A DNA stretch of 64,000 nt from Octopus sinensis (lineage: Eukaryota), in assembly GCF_006345805.1 (NCBI RefSeq), contig NC_043008.1, forward strand, positions 28,644,001 through 28,708,000. The letters are read 5' to 3'. Each line of letters begins with the position of its first letter. Positions within the stretch are counted from its first letter, which is position 1. The position numbers and the translations under genes are program-made. Below are positions 51,040 through 64,000 of the stretch, in pieces. The notes beneath the pieces are model-generated. The model was not told the origin of the DNA and did not search any database. It was given only the letters and a program-made list of their open reading frames with translations.

Positions 51040-51716
51040 ACGCACCAATTATGGATTCAGGCCATCCGTATACTGCAAGCCGACCTTTTCTAGACGATAC
51101 CCCAACTTCAATTCACACCATCCATACCCGATTTATCAATATCCCCTCGTGTCAGAGGTTTGCGATGTTACTATTAAGTAACAACTACCTCAGAAACATA
51201 TTATCCACTCCAATTATCAAGAAAAGTGAGGATGAGACCAATAAAATGTCCACAATCTGTCTACCCTATGTGAAAGGCCTCTCCGAAAAGATACATAAGA
51301 TATGCTGCCCATATGACATCAGGACAGTATTTAAGAGTAAAACAATACTTCGCTAATATCTCCATTGAGTAAAACCACCAGTAGAAGAAAATGTCGCCAA
51401 AGACTGCATGTACTCCATCCCATGCGGCTGTGGTAGGTTATACAAAGGGGAAACATGCCGCCCCCTCAAAATAAGTGTAGAGGAATAATGCAAAGCTGTG
51501 ACACGAGGAGATATTGATGAATCGAGTATAGCTGATCAAGTATGGAAAAATGGAGACCACATTCCCCTTTGGGATGAAGTTAAAATAATAGACAGAGAAT
51601 ACCATGGAAATGCGAAAACTAAAAATGCAGCACATATGCTAGGACACAACAACCTCTTAAACAGACCGAGTACAGATATGAGCAGCATATGGGAACCGGT
51701 ATTAAGAAAGCATTGA
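51040..51716 (+). mobile_element. Penelope-like element, C-terminal GIY-YIG endonuclease fragment
   Basis: ICLPYVKGLSEKI...DIRTVFKS, CMYSIPCGCGRLYKGET and SSIADQVW...WDEVKIIDRE. Confidence 0.85.
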
Positions 51717-51899
51717 TTCTGTACGATATAACCCATGGGTGTATATGTGTTTGTGTGTGCGTGCGTGTATATATATATATATATATGTGTGTGTTGTGTG
51801 TGTGTGTGTGTATATACAATAGCTGTCCACTCGAAGAAGTCTATTGCTGATCTTCAAAAACATGCGCGCTCTCGACTAACTTATAATTTGCATTTGCGG

Positions 51900-52550
51900 C
51901 TCCATTAGTGGCTAATGAACCCTGCTCTTGACAAACATACACGACTGCAAACATTGCAAACCAAGCTTTCTCCATTCACTATACCAGCAATAGGCTTTCG
52001 AGCAGCACGCTTAAGTTCTTCATGCAATATACGTGCTATCTCAAAGGTGCCAACCCCTCCTTAACCTGCTTCCTCCAGTTGTGGTGATGGCAGGCATTGC
52101 TCTCCCAGTCAGTCTCCTGCATATCACATGCCTTCAATGAGGACTTGACACAGTCCTTAAATCACAGCCTTGGTTTCTCTTTCCATTAACAAGTTTCTCA
52201 TATAGCATGTGCTTAGGTATACTGCTATTCTTCATTCTAATAAGGTATCCAGTCCAACGGAACCGGTGCTTGTGCATCATCGCCTTAATCCTCAAGATAT
52301 ATTTTGTCCTGAGGACCTGTGTGTCCAGAATTTGTATGAGAATATATATAAGACATCTCTAATGAAAGCGTTAAAGGACCCTTACATGACGTTTGTATAG
52401 GGTCCATGCCTCATATAAGTAAAGCAGCGATGTCAGTACACATGCATGGTTCACAGCAATTTTTGCTTGCTTTGTGATGCTATGCTGGGACTAGACACAA
52501 GACTAAAGAGACCGGAATGAGTCAGTTGTTCCCTTCAACCCGAAATATAT
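51900..52550 (-). mobile_element. RTE-clade LINE 3' fragment in opposite orientation
   Basis: Minus strand has WTLYKRHV and KPRL*FKDCVKSSLK, both RTE C-terminal motifs. Confidence 0.65.
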
Positions 52551-52559
52551 TTCGTCATA

Positions 52560-53653
52560 CAGGGAACATGAACGGAAAAAAATACCTTCGGAATGGGAAC
52601 CCGATCTACCTCCACTTTTGTCGATTACTTTACGTAGGTATTTTTTACTATCAAAAGTTCGCATTTTCCTTCTGTCATTTTTAGCCCGTATTCAGATATT
52701 CTCTCGAATATTTTCTTTGTGTGTTTGCACCCGAGGCTCGCTCTTCATCGAAGTATGCAATGGCGAAGTCAAAATCAATTAATATCGCATCGATTATTTG
52801 TTCGAATATGGCGAGTGTCACTTTTACTCCAAACGGCAGTCGTTTGGTCTTGTACAATCCACGGTGTGATGATTGTTAGTAAATGTGTGCAATCTTCTTC
52901 TAACTGAATCTGAAGGTACGCGTCTGGAAAGTTTAACTTCGAGAAAAGTTTACCTCTGCTTGGTTTAGCAAATAAGTCTTCTAGGTTTGGTTGTGGGTAA
53001 TTGCGTGTGAGTAAACAGTCGTTTAATCAAGTTGAGAAGTCTGAGCACACTCATTGCTTATGGAATTTGTTACATGGTCAGGCGAAAGTGTATTGACCGG
53101 TTTGGTTACCAACTTCATTATTTAGAACATTTTCTGCTATAATCTTCCTTGTTCTCGTTATTCCTTCAGTTGTTGTTGTTGCTGTGTTTTCAACTCAACT
53201 ACCCCAGCTAAAAGCTCTTATATATTTTACGATTTATTTAAGTTTGAACAAGATTTTTTTCCCGTTTTTGTCGAATTACTTAATTTTCCACGTGAATTAG
53301 TTTAAACTCTCCGTATGAATGTTTCTGTTTTTTTCATACCACATAAATTTGTTTTTCCTCGTCGTCACTGTTGTAAAGTGGATTCCTCCCACTGCTGTGA
53401 TGTGTGACTGCCGCTGTACTGTAGTTGCTGTTTTACGCTAGTAGCCAAAATAGTTACAAGTCATCCGATACCGTTGTATTTCTTCATACCGGAATATTAA
53501 TACAGTAACTTCTTCTGTCTTATTATCGCTGATAGCTCCGCATGTCACCGACTACAACTGTCGAATGTCAATCTTTCGACACTCGACCCTCTCTTGACGA
53601 CCGGCCACTAGTCTATTTATAATAGATTCTCCTGCCATTTATTTCACTATACA
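52560..53653 (-). mobile_element. Gypsy remnant: 5' LTR (53369-53653), PBS and RT fragment
   Basis: Minus-strand LTR TGTATAG...TTTACAACA has a TATA-like TATTATAAATAG and is followed by PBS-like GTGACGACGAGG. RT remnant FSKLNFPDAYLQI. Confidence 0.75.
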
Positions 53654-54284
53654 GTAGTTGCTTAAGTATGATCAGTTATTAGCATTAATGGTATTAGGAT
53701 ACCTTAGGCTACATTCATGTAATCCATGTAATACATTACTAAGTTATTAAGTTGTACATTGTAGGATTATAAATATGTATCAAGCACACAAGGAAGACAA
53801 CGCTCAATAGGTTTAAATGCAAATCAATTTCTATGGATAAAAAGCTTGGTATTTGATCGGTAACACATCACATCCATTAATAATATCATCTATACATTTA
53901 AAATTTCCTACATTTCCAAAAAGCAGAAATTGCAACGAAAAGCAACATTTTCAAGAGACGAGTTGCATGGTAAACACACAAGTACGTCTGAGACACGAGG
54001 AACGCGTACATGAATGCAATCAGTAGAGCAAAGTTAAATAATGATAGACAACATCACAGAGCGCATACTCACAAACCTCCGGATCCTGGGCCCCGTACAA
54101 ACGTGCAGTAACAGAACCGGTGCCGAAAACGGACGAAGAACTGGTGGGGACGACGACAACAACGCCAGCAACCGCGCGGTAGCAGCAACAACGACAACAA
54201 AAACGACTACAGCTGTAGCAACAACAACAACGATAACTACATCAACAACAGCAGCAACAAGAGTGACAACAAAACACGACGGCA

Positions 54285-54560
54285 TCTATCTGTCTGTCTG
54301 TCTATTATCTATCTATATAAGTATATATATATATATATAGATATGTGTGTGTGTGTGTGTGTATGTATATATATATATATATACGTACGTATGTATATAT
54401 ATGTATATATATATATATATATGTGTGTGTATATACATATATATATATATGTATATACATATATAATATGTATATGTATATATATAACTAACTTTCTATG
54501 TATCTATTTATTTATTTATCTACTTACCTATCTGTCTGTGTATCAGTCTATATGTGTCTA
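54285..54560. repeat. (TA)/(TG)/(TCTA) microsatellite
   Basis: Direct observation. Confidence 0.9.
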
Positions 54561-55129
54561 TTTGATATTCGTAAATCTCTTATAGAAAATTATGCTTCCT
54601 TATGATTTCTTCTACTCAACTGACTTTGTTTTGCACCTTAATATATATTATTTCATTTTTTTATGTTTTATTTCTTTGATCTATTTCATTGTATTTTCCA
54701 ACTAACGGCCTTATTCTGTATTATTAATATAAGGTTTAGTGTATATAGCATTGCTCCGCATTAGATGAAAATCAATATTTTGTCCTTTGCCACCTAGGCC
54801 TTCTTGTAGTTGATGTCGATTTGTTACTATGTCTATGAAAATGATTATATCAAATCGATTTAAATTAGAATTGGAATGTATCTAAGTGCAAGTGTGTAGA
54901 CTAGTTACAACATTACATTTAAAATTATATACAATGATTTTGGCCACATATACTGTGCGTTCTAGAATACTGAAAAATATCCTAGCTACTTGGGTAACAA
55001 TATTTCTAGTCCATGTACGTAATACCCTCATATAGCACTGTTAAGTAATAAATACCAACTAATTCTTTTACGACAACAACCATTAGTTTTAGTTTTATAA
55101 TTAATATTGTTGTCACTATTATTATTATT

Positions 55130-56030
55130 GCCGTTGCACAGCTTCTAAAGCTGGAGATGTACTGCGATGTCAACTGCTCACTACCAGTGAATTAAATTAA
55201 CACCTCGTATTTTTCGAGCACCTTCCGAAGTATTCGGGTGGTTCCAAGCAGTGCTGTTCTCTGCAAGTGATCCACCCTTATTGCATCCCCTATTTATTCA
55301 ACGTACTTCTCGAGATGTTTACTCACTGTTCCCAGGCCTCGGACAAATGTTGGTACTACTGCTGCCTTAACTTCCCAAGCTAACCTGCCATATCTCTCGA
55401 CTAATTGCCTTTGCACAGATTCTTACGCTGGAGATGTACCACGCTGTCATCTATTACCCACCTATTTTCAGTTTCATTCGTTTTCAATTTCTTGTACAGT
55501 GCTTTATATTTGCAATCTTTCAGCCTACACAAGCCTGATTTTATTACTTCTAATAATAGCGGATCTGTGGCATTTGTTCCATACCATGATATATTATTTT
55601 CCTCTTCTCTAATGCTGTATTCGCATCCAATAGATCCTCTTCCCTCTATTTTTCTTACTACATTCAGGTTCACCGTGTCACTTTTGGGGTTGAATGTCCC
55701 ATATATAGTTAGCAAATTCCTTTTTTTTTCTGTCTAAGCTGTTTAGTTCGTCTACTGTCCATGCGATTACCCCTGCTCCATATCTAAGGAGTGAAACCAC
55801 CCAGGTTTTGATAGCTTCAATCTTATTCCGTTTGTTTAATTTCCACTTAAGGTTCAGTCTCACTCTCCACCTAAATTTTTTGTCATTTGTTTCTCCATCA
55901 ATTTATCCATTTCCAAGATCCCCAAGTACTAAGAGCCCATCTCTTCTATCTGCTTCATAACCTTCCCTGACGGTATAGTTATCCCATCCATACATTTGAT
56001 TTTGTCTCGCTTCAAGAGTAATACACAGTT
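55130..56030 (-). mobile_element. R4/Dong-like fragments (two 3' ends, internal deletion)
   Basis: RNKIEAIKTWVVSLLRYGAG and MLTIYGTFNPKSD...EGRG. 3' UTR matches occur at 55130-55215 and 55405-55450. Confidence 0.8.
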
Positions 56031-56054
56031 TGTTGTCAGTATTATTATTATTAT

Positions 56055-58257
56055 TCTATGTTTGACTTTTGATTTACATTTTCACAAGCTGGCTCCAAGT
56101 CTCACCCAGGGACCTCAAGAGACAACAAGTTGGAAGTTCATATTGGTGTTATGCCTAGGGTGCCATATATTTGGTCTTGTACTTAGTGTTGTACTAGTGA
56201 ATGTCTAAAAAAACATGCGAAAATTATGTTTGTTTTAAAACTTGAGATTACATAGAAAGTATTTTGCGTAGGGTATGAGCAGTTCCCATGATCACTATCT
56301 TTTTAATTTCTGCTATTTTGGGGTTTCCTGGTATCTGAGTTAGGTAGCAATCAGCCCCTTTTGCTATCATTCCCAGAGCACCTATGAAAACAGGTATTGT
56401 TTTAGTCTTCATGTTCCACATTTTACTGATTTCTATTTCAAGATCTTTATATTTGCTCACTTCCTGGTAGGTCTTGAGAGATACGTTTATATCGATTGGG
56501 ACATTCATATCAATGAGGAGGCATGTTTTTTGTCTGAAGTCGTTCAATGAGATGTCTTGCCTATTCGCGTCTATCTTTCTGTCTGTTTGAATAGTGAAGT
56601 TCCAGAGGAGTGAGATGTGGTCATTTTCAGGCAATGGAGTTAGTTTGTGTTCCCACCAGTTTTTATCATGTGGCAAATCCAGGCTTTTGTAAATTAACCA
56701 GTGATTATATTGTGCAACTCTATCATGCCGGTTGAGGTACTCTGTAGGTGCTAGAAGACTGCACTTGGAGACAACATGATCAATGGTTTCATTTTGTTGT
56801 CGACATACACGACATGTTGGGCTAGTGCCGTTCTTTAATATGTTGGCCTGGTAGTTTCTTGTTGGTAGGCATTAATCTTGAGCTGCTATGATGAACATTT
56901 CTGTTTCAGATTTTAAGCCAGAGGCCATTAGCTATTGATGGGTCAGGGCTTTGTCGATATCTGCATTATTTGCTCTCTTTGGGTATTTGCCATAGAGAGG
57001 TTTTTCTTGCCATTTATCATTCAGAATATCTAAGACAGCAGTTTTAGTACGGGTTTTCATGCGCTTAGCTTTTTCTGTGCATGTTTCTTGTATGTCTATC
57101 TCTAATTCCGAAATTTGTTGTATTCGGAATTCACATAGATATTCCTTTGCCTGTTTTGTTACTGAGTATGATGCTTTCTTGATTTCATGTTTTGAGACAA
57201 GTTTTAACATCCAGTCCTCAGAGTTTTTCAGGTAGATGTCTAGGCCAATTGTGGCATCTTCATTGTTATTGCCAGTTGTAAAAGACCACGGCCTCCCTCT
57301 TTTCTTGGCAGATAAAGTCGTTCTATATATGCCTTAGGGTGGTGCATTCTATGCATTGTCAACAGTTTTCGTATGTTTCTGTCAAGATTACACATTTCAG
57401 TAATTGACCAGTTAACGATATTGAAACTGTAAGTCACGACTGGTATGGCTAAAGCATTGATCACCTCGATCCTGTTTCTCGCATTTAGCTCTGTCTTGAG
57501 TATTGCTCTTACTCTGCGATAACATTCTCTCCTGATCCTTTCCTTCATCCCTGAATGCCTTATTCCGTCCCCTTCAATTACTCCTAGGTACTTGTAGCTC
57601 TCCGCTGCGTCTAATTCTTTGATGACATTCTTCTGGTCAAGGTTAACGTTAGATGTTTCTGTCATTTTCCCTTTGATAAAGGTAGCTTTTGCACATTTAT
57701 CGAGGCCAAATTGCATTCTGATGTCATCGCTAAATTGTTCAACAATCGTTAGTAAGCCCTTGAGTTGATGGTCATTTTTTGGAAAGAGCTTTAAATCATC
57801 CATGTAAATGAGATGATTTATATTTTTATCAAACATTTTATATCCGTACTGCGCGTCATTGAGCAATTTTGAGAGAGGTATTAAGGCTAAACAAAAGAGG
57901 AGTGGTGATAGTGAGTCACTCTGGAAAATGCCACATGAAATTTTTACATCACCAGCATTTAGAGATTCATTGTCACTGTTCAAAATTAGTGTGGTTCTCC
58001 ATGAACGCATACTTACAGACAAAAAGTTTCGCAGTGTAGGTGCTATTTTATACATTTCCAGGCATTTCTTAATCCAGCTATGTGGTAGGCTATCAAAAGC
58101 CTTTGTATAGTCTATCCAGGCTATCGACAAGTTTTTGTGTCGTTTGTGATAATCTTCTAAGATCATCTTATTGATGAGTAGTTGATCTTTACAACCATAG
58201 GATCCGCGTTTACATCCTTTCTGTTCATTCAGGAATATGCTGCTGTCTGTTAAAAAA
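56055..58257 (-). mobile_element. Relatively young 5'-truncated R4/Dong-like RLE retrotransposon between two (TTA)n tracts
   Basis: The RT ORF stays open over about 340 codons: [53 protein letters not shown]. Then CRVC...ETIDHVVSKC, RHDRVA and NRQDI...LLIDM (RLE). Confidence 0.92.
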
Positions 58258-58263
58258 CTATTA

Positions 58264-58337
<74 letters not shown>
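58258..58337. repeat. (TTA)n microsatellite
   Basis: Direct observation; it produces the poly-N start of the 366-aa ORF. Confidence 0.95.
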
Positions 58338-58339
<2 letters not shown>

Positions 58340-58479
58340 AGTCGTGAAAAAATGTTCTAGATTCGGAATGAAGGTCCTTGACACGAAGTCACAAACACTT
58401 TTTTTAGATTTGTGAATTAATAGCATTCTGGTAGTCATACCAGTCTTAATAATAAGGCTGTTCAGTTCACCGGTGACAG

Positions 58480-59620
58480 TTCTTGGGTCACCTCTGACAA
58501 CCGGTAATAATTGTGAAACTCCAGAGTCATCGTATTTCCTGTACCAAATCCTACTATTTCCTGTTTTCTGTAATCGTTACATTCATGTTCACAGATATAG
58601 CCTCACGTATGACGATGCAATCATTTTCACCCTTGTCTAGAACGATAATGTCTCGGTTGCCTTGCATGAAGTTCGTGATCAAATGCTATATTAATATCCT
58701 ATAATATTCATTCCATATTACACTTTCTGGTTGATGTTGGTATCGTTTTCTTTCTGCTTTAACTTCTCATTGCCGTAATGTGTCCCCTGTAGTGATTTGG
58801 TCACACAGTCGTCTCTGTGTGTATGTATCGTCTGTACCAAAGGGCCGATCCCTGTAACAAAACCGATCCCTCTAATTCTTTCTCATTACATACTCTGCAC
58901 TCCAAAATTTTTACGGATTATCATTGATATTCGATTGCAATGATTGGCTTTCTGCAGTACTTATGCGCCCTTCCCTTTCTTTCTTAAGGTCTTCATTCTT
59001 CAGTTATAATCAATTATTCTATGCGACGATGCCCTGCATTTGCCTGAGATGCTGCTGACCGTGTACCTATTTCCCCCACATATTTCTTTCTTGGTCCTGT
59101 TTTCTTTTCGTCTATCCCGTTGCCGTCTCTACAACTTCTTTCTCCTCTCCTCTGGCAGCTGGAATCGGTCTTTCTTACATATTATTTTATATCACCTTTT
59201 TGTCATCTCTGCTCAGTCTTCTATTGATATCAGTCGTCTCCCACATCCTTCCGTGGGACATATAACCTATCGACACTGTCTCTGAGATGTAGTGACCTGT
59301 ACATGGGTATTGTGTTTCTGGTTTTACAATCTATGTTTAAGCAGGGCTATTTTCCAGGGAGACTCACTTTCTCCCTTACTGTTCGACATTGTGGTAATCA
59401 GTCTGATAAACATATTGAGAAAATCCAGGCCTGCCATTGATTTTACCAAATCCGAAAAGAGAATAAATTACCTACTTTATGTTGATGACCTTAAGCTGAA
59501 TTCAATAAATAAGACCGATCTAGAGTCTTTGACTCAAAAAGTGAGAGTATTCATAAAATATTTACTTTCGAACCAAAGATATTTATTCTAATTGGAAAAG
59601 GTGTGATAGGAAAAGATAGA
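58480..59620. mobile_element. Old R4/Dong-like copy: 3' part on minus (58480-59290), RT part on plus (59340-59620)
   Basis: Minus strand reads DRLYVPRKD and RDIIVLD. Plus strand reads [13 protein letters not shown] and INYLLYVDDLKL. Confidence 0.7.
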
Positions 59621-59739
59621 TTATAGCACAAATTTTATATGTAAATCTAGTCTTTTTTACAGTCAATATAAAGTACACAAGAGCAAGATAGTTATGAAGC
59701 CTGCAAACAATCACCTGGCACGTACATAAATATCATAGC

Positions 59740-60860
59740 ACCAGAAGACTTAAACTTAGGGCCTATTACAGCATGGTCCAACCTGTGAAACCCACCGCCT
59801 AGACAATTTCCTAGACATCCTACTAAAACTCTTGCCGAAATACATCAAAACGTTTATTCGAGACGATCTAGACATCATTGAGCACCTAGCAAAAACAACT
59901 AATGATACGACATTATTGGTTTCCTTCAATGGTATTAATCTTAACACCAATATCCCCGCGTGACTATGGAATAGAAGCAATAAAATTCTGACTCGAAAAG
60001 CAACACAAAGAATTTCCGGAACGCATAACGTAGGTTTTTATAATGGGAGATTTAAAATTTTTAATTCAGAACAATTATTTCCTATTTGATGACATCTATT
60101 ATCATCACAAATGCGGTATTGCAATGGGAATGAAAGCAGTCCCTTTTCTTGCGAACCTAATAATGGAATATTTTGAACTCACCCTACATGAAGTGCCACT
60201 GCAAAAATACAGATATCCATTTCACACTGGTGAGAGAACTACATAAGACATCTGGATTACTGCTTTATCTTGTGGAAGTAGAAATGGAGAAAGTTTTGGA
60301 ATTTAAATCAATATTACATAATATAAACCCTAACATTCAATTTACAATGTAAAATAGCAAAAGAAAAAGTCCCCCTTTCTTGGAATTTATGATGAAAAAA
60401 GTCAACAACCAAATTGCAAGTAACATTTATCATAAGCGAACGGACCCGAAGCAATATCTCCTGTCAGCTCATGCCAGCCGAAACACATCACAAGAAATAT
60501 CCCCTTTAATTTAGCAAAAAAAGATTTGCACAATAGTGTCTCATAGAAATACTCGGAACCTGCAACTTCAAGATCTCAAAACAACGCTAAATGAAACACA
60601 ATATTCACCCTCACTTATAGATGATGGAATTAAGCGTGCTAAGAAATTTGGCATTAAAACACAAAGAGTAATAAAGCGTAGCTCCACACCTCGCCACAAA
60701 ACACTATCTTATATATCAACTTACAACCCTAAAGACATTGAGGCATACAACACCATTTTTACTAAATCTACCTATACTTACTAAGGATCCAGAAACGAAC
60801 AATCTGAAAACACAGAAATTCATCAAATGCAACGCTTAACTAACAACCACGAAACAAATG
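59740..60860 (+). mobile_element. Penelope-like element reverse transcriptase remnant
   Basis: NFLDILLK...FIRDDLD, TNIP, NNYFLFD...GIAMG...PFLANLIM, IQFTM, IYHKRTD and NIPF. Many frameshifts. Confidence 0.85.
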
Positions 60861-62416
60861 GTTAAAAATTATGGACGCCCAAACGACAATAGTGGACCAA
60901 CGAACCAATCAAGGGTACATTCAGGGGAGATCACCAACTGCAATTATATAGATTTTATTAATTAGTGTTTGAACTACATCCATTCTCACAATTATACACA
61001 TTTTTTGTTTATTACAGCGCCGTCTACACACTGGCAGTTATCCTGAAATTTCACTTGTTGATGAACTTTTAATTCATCAGCATCTCACTGCAAGTTCTTA
61101 TACTTGTTAAACCTGATGAATTGAGATTTTTATAACGTACTACATAATCTTATGGATGCAATACATACTATACACTTGACTGTTCCATGTTAATCTGCCA
61201 ATAAAGATTTAATGAAAGCCGTTTAGCAGTACCATGTAACTCATTTGTCTTCTTATTACGTTTAAACCGTGCTTAAATATCTGCTTATGTTTTGATACCG
61301 TATGTGTTCCGTATTACCAAACAGGATGGGAATCCATTCATTCATACATTCCGTGCTATGGCAATGGATTATTTGATTTAATTGTCTGATTTGTATCATT
61401 CTCTTTAGCCAATTATTTATGGCGCGCTTGAATTCGGATCCTATTTAGTCAATTTCGCATACACGCATTCAAACAAAGACACAGACACACACAGATACAT
61501 ACTCACACACATAAGCACATATATACTCACACTCAAACACACACTAATTACCACAAACTAATACGCATGCACGCAAGTACTATCACATACACTTAAACAC
61601 AAACAAATACACACGCTCACATATAAATATGTATATATATGTATGTGTATATAGCGAATGGGCTTGTGTGTTTGAAGGTGGTTACGCTGACTTGTGTAAT
61701 TATGCACATGCAAGTTAATGGATTTGATGGGTGTTTCATGTGCCATTTATTGTTTCATTACATTTACTACACTTTCTGTATGGTCTTCAATGTGTGAGGT
61801 TAAGCTTTCAACTCTTAATCCTTTCTCAAATTACGCTTGTCTTCAGGTGCATCGTTGTTACTAAATAGTGCTATACAACTTCTGGAATTGCATTAACTTT
61901 CAATATTAATTTGTTGTATATATTCATAAATGCCATCTTTAGAAAAACACCTTATCATTTCTCTCAGATTATTCGATAGACGAATTAAAGAAATACTGGT
62001 TTCTAGTAGTATTTGTTTCACGATATAATTTCGAAGATCTTTCCGCCAGAAATGTTACGAAATTGTCTTTACATCTAAAAAACATTTTGCATTGCATAAA
62101 AGGTTTCAGGTATTTTGTCATTGATGAAAATATTAGATGTCCCCAGTCCAAGCGTTTCCATCAGAGTGTTTCGCTATTAAAGAAAATGATAGCCTAATGA
62201 ACAGCAACAGTATGTTGTAAAGTGTTGTAAAATTATGCAATGTAACATATACGAATTGTGAAGACATATTCTTACATATAATTATTCTTCCTTATCCAGA
62301 ATATTACGGGTAACAGCATTGAAGTCCCAATAAAGCTTTAGTATCGTGTCATGCCACAACGTAGCTTAGATACTATACTCGGATTGAAGACACTACTGGC
62401 TTTACATTATACTTAC

Positions 62417-62489
62417 CGATGATCAGATTTTTACATAGTGAATTACGTTGAGAAATCCAGTTTAGCATGTTTCATGCACACGGTATTGC
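62417..62489 (-). other. Candidate 73-nt spliced exon of an unidentified host transcript
   Basis: Minus strand TTTTCCTTACCGTTTATAG| ... CG|GTAAGTA in non-repetitive DNA. An internal ATG gives MLNWISQRNSLCKNLII. No homology recognised. Confidence 0.25.
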
Positions 62490-64000
62490 CTATAAACGGT
62501 AAGGAAAATACCAATTGAAAGGATAATATTTATTGTGCTAGCAAATTTCAAAAAATCTGACGTGCTACTGTTGCATGAGTAACAAATTGGCCATACAACG
62601 TGAGTAGTATCTGTGTTTCAGGCTGTTTAGAGCTCTTCACCAAAGCTCACAGGATTTAGTCTTCGCTAAATAATTTAATATGCATCGTTGTTATTATGTA
62701 CCATATTGTCTGCAAACTTTACATATTTTCATTTGTTTGAGGTTATTTGATGGCCTAATTCAATATTAGATTATCTAACACGGCCTTAGGCTATGTAAGC
62801 TAAGAGATCAAAGTCATATTTAATGTTGGAAATATATAAAATGCACACATGGACGATAAATGTGAATTAGACATTCATACCATAGGAATGTTCTTTGCAT
62901 TAAGATATGAACGAAAATTAGTAGATACGACAGTAAACAACCTGAATCTACACTTTGGAAATGTATACATGTGTCTGTGTGTGTCTAGTTTTGTTGGTAT
63001 ATGTAACTATGGTTGTGGAAGTATTGTATGTGATTGGCTAGCGACCAGGATAATATTATTGATGAAACTCTAATATATTTATCTGACAATCAGAATTCAT
63101 TGCCAGATTCAGTTATATCAATACATACATAATGTGGACGTTACATACTTTAGCTGGAAGCATTCTCAATAAAATATTCAATACCAACTTATAGAAATGT
63201 GCAATAAAAATGATTTGTTACTGGGTACCAATAAGAATAGAATACAATAGTTATATGTTATCATATAAATCTGTAATAAGACTTACCCAAATTTATGAGA
63301 ATATTTATTAAAGAACATCAATGTTTGCACCATAAGAATTACAGTTAGAGTGTATCTATTAAACATACCACAATGCAGGTATATATGTCGTGAAGTATGT
63401 ATTGCATTTCCAGATAAAATCAAATTTAAAGTATTAAAACTAAAGTGATTATGCAACGTAATTTTTCAAGGCTCACGGAAAAAAATATTGCAGGTTTGGC
63501 ATTGTCTCTATACACACATCAACCAATAGTAAATTTACTTTGTATATAATCAAATGCTCACTGAAATATATAATTTAGCGTAAAGTTTACAATAAATCTA
63601 TCAAAACTGTACTACATCAAGAAATTAAACAAGGCAAATATATTAATCGACCATTTAAACAGAATACTGATATGTGAAAAATTAATTACAATATTTTTCC
63701 TGAAATATACTGAAAGAGCTATATTGCTGTTAATTTATATTGAACACTGAGATTATCGTAAACACGAAGAAGGACAGCAAGAAGTCGAGACTTATTACAT
63801 ACATATTCTCGGTAGTGTAAAGAAATTGTTGAGTCTGCTGCCAACGAAATTATACATGAACAGATAAACGATTACATGCATATTCTCTTTGAAAGAAAAT
63901 TTAATTCTATGCTCCAATATACATATTTAAAATCCAATAACGTTCTGCATTATTCGAGAACACATACTACTCTAGACCGGCAATACATTCGAAATAGATA

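Noticed and set aside
51822-51870. Possible hammerhead remnant after the PLE GIY-YIG fragment (also CTGATGA at about 61113 and 16794)
   Set aside because: The core boxes or stems are too degenerate to support a call.
57240-58340. 366-aa ORF as an intact gene with a poly-Asn N-terminus
   Set aside because: The poly-N is the flanking (AAT)n fused by chance to a 5'-truncated RT. The frame breaks before the endonuclease.

Overview
AT-rich, microsatellite-laden eukaryotic DNA; it is not prokaryotic. The SINE types and repeat landscape suggest a cephalopod, probably Octopus (inference from recalled repeat families, not a search). No intact host protein-coding gene is recognisable. The window is a transposon graveyard. 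It holds a near full-length but disrupted CR1-group LINE (ORF1 with a Myb/SANT-like N-terminus and CCCH fingers; ORF2 with APE and RT), about ten fragments of R4/Dong-type RLE retrotransposons mostly beside (TAA)n tracts, an RTE LINE, Penelope-like RT and GIY-YIG fragments, and two Gypsy remnants. DNA transposons include a maT (DD37D), a mariner, a Tigger/pogo, a FLYWCH-MULE with a 9-bp TSD, a probable Chapaev3 end and a non-autonomous Helitron. Several tRNA-derived SINEs are also present. The most interesting signals are (i) short repeats carrying minimal hammerhead-ribozyme motifs in Penelope/retrozyme-like direct and inverted arrangements, and (ii) the CR1 ORF1 domain architecture with a candidate -1 frameshift site at the ORF1/ORF2 junction. 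Most ORFs in the supplied track are microsatellite artefacts or TE fragments. Boundaries of old elements are approximate and were read by eye.
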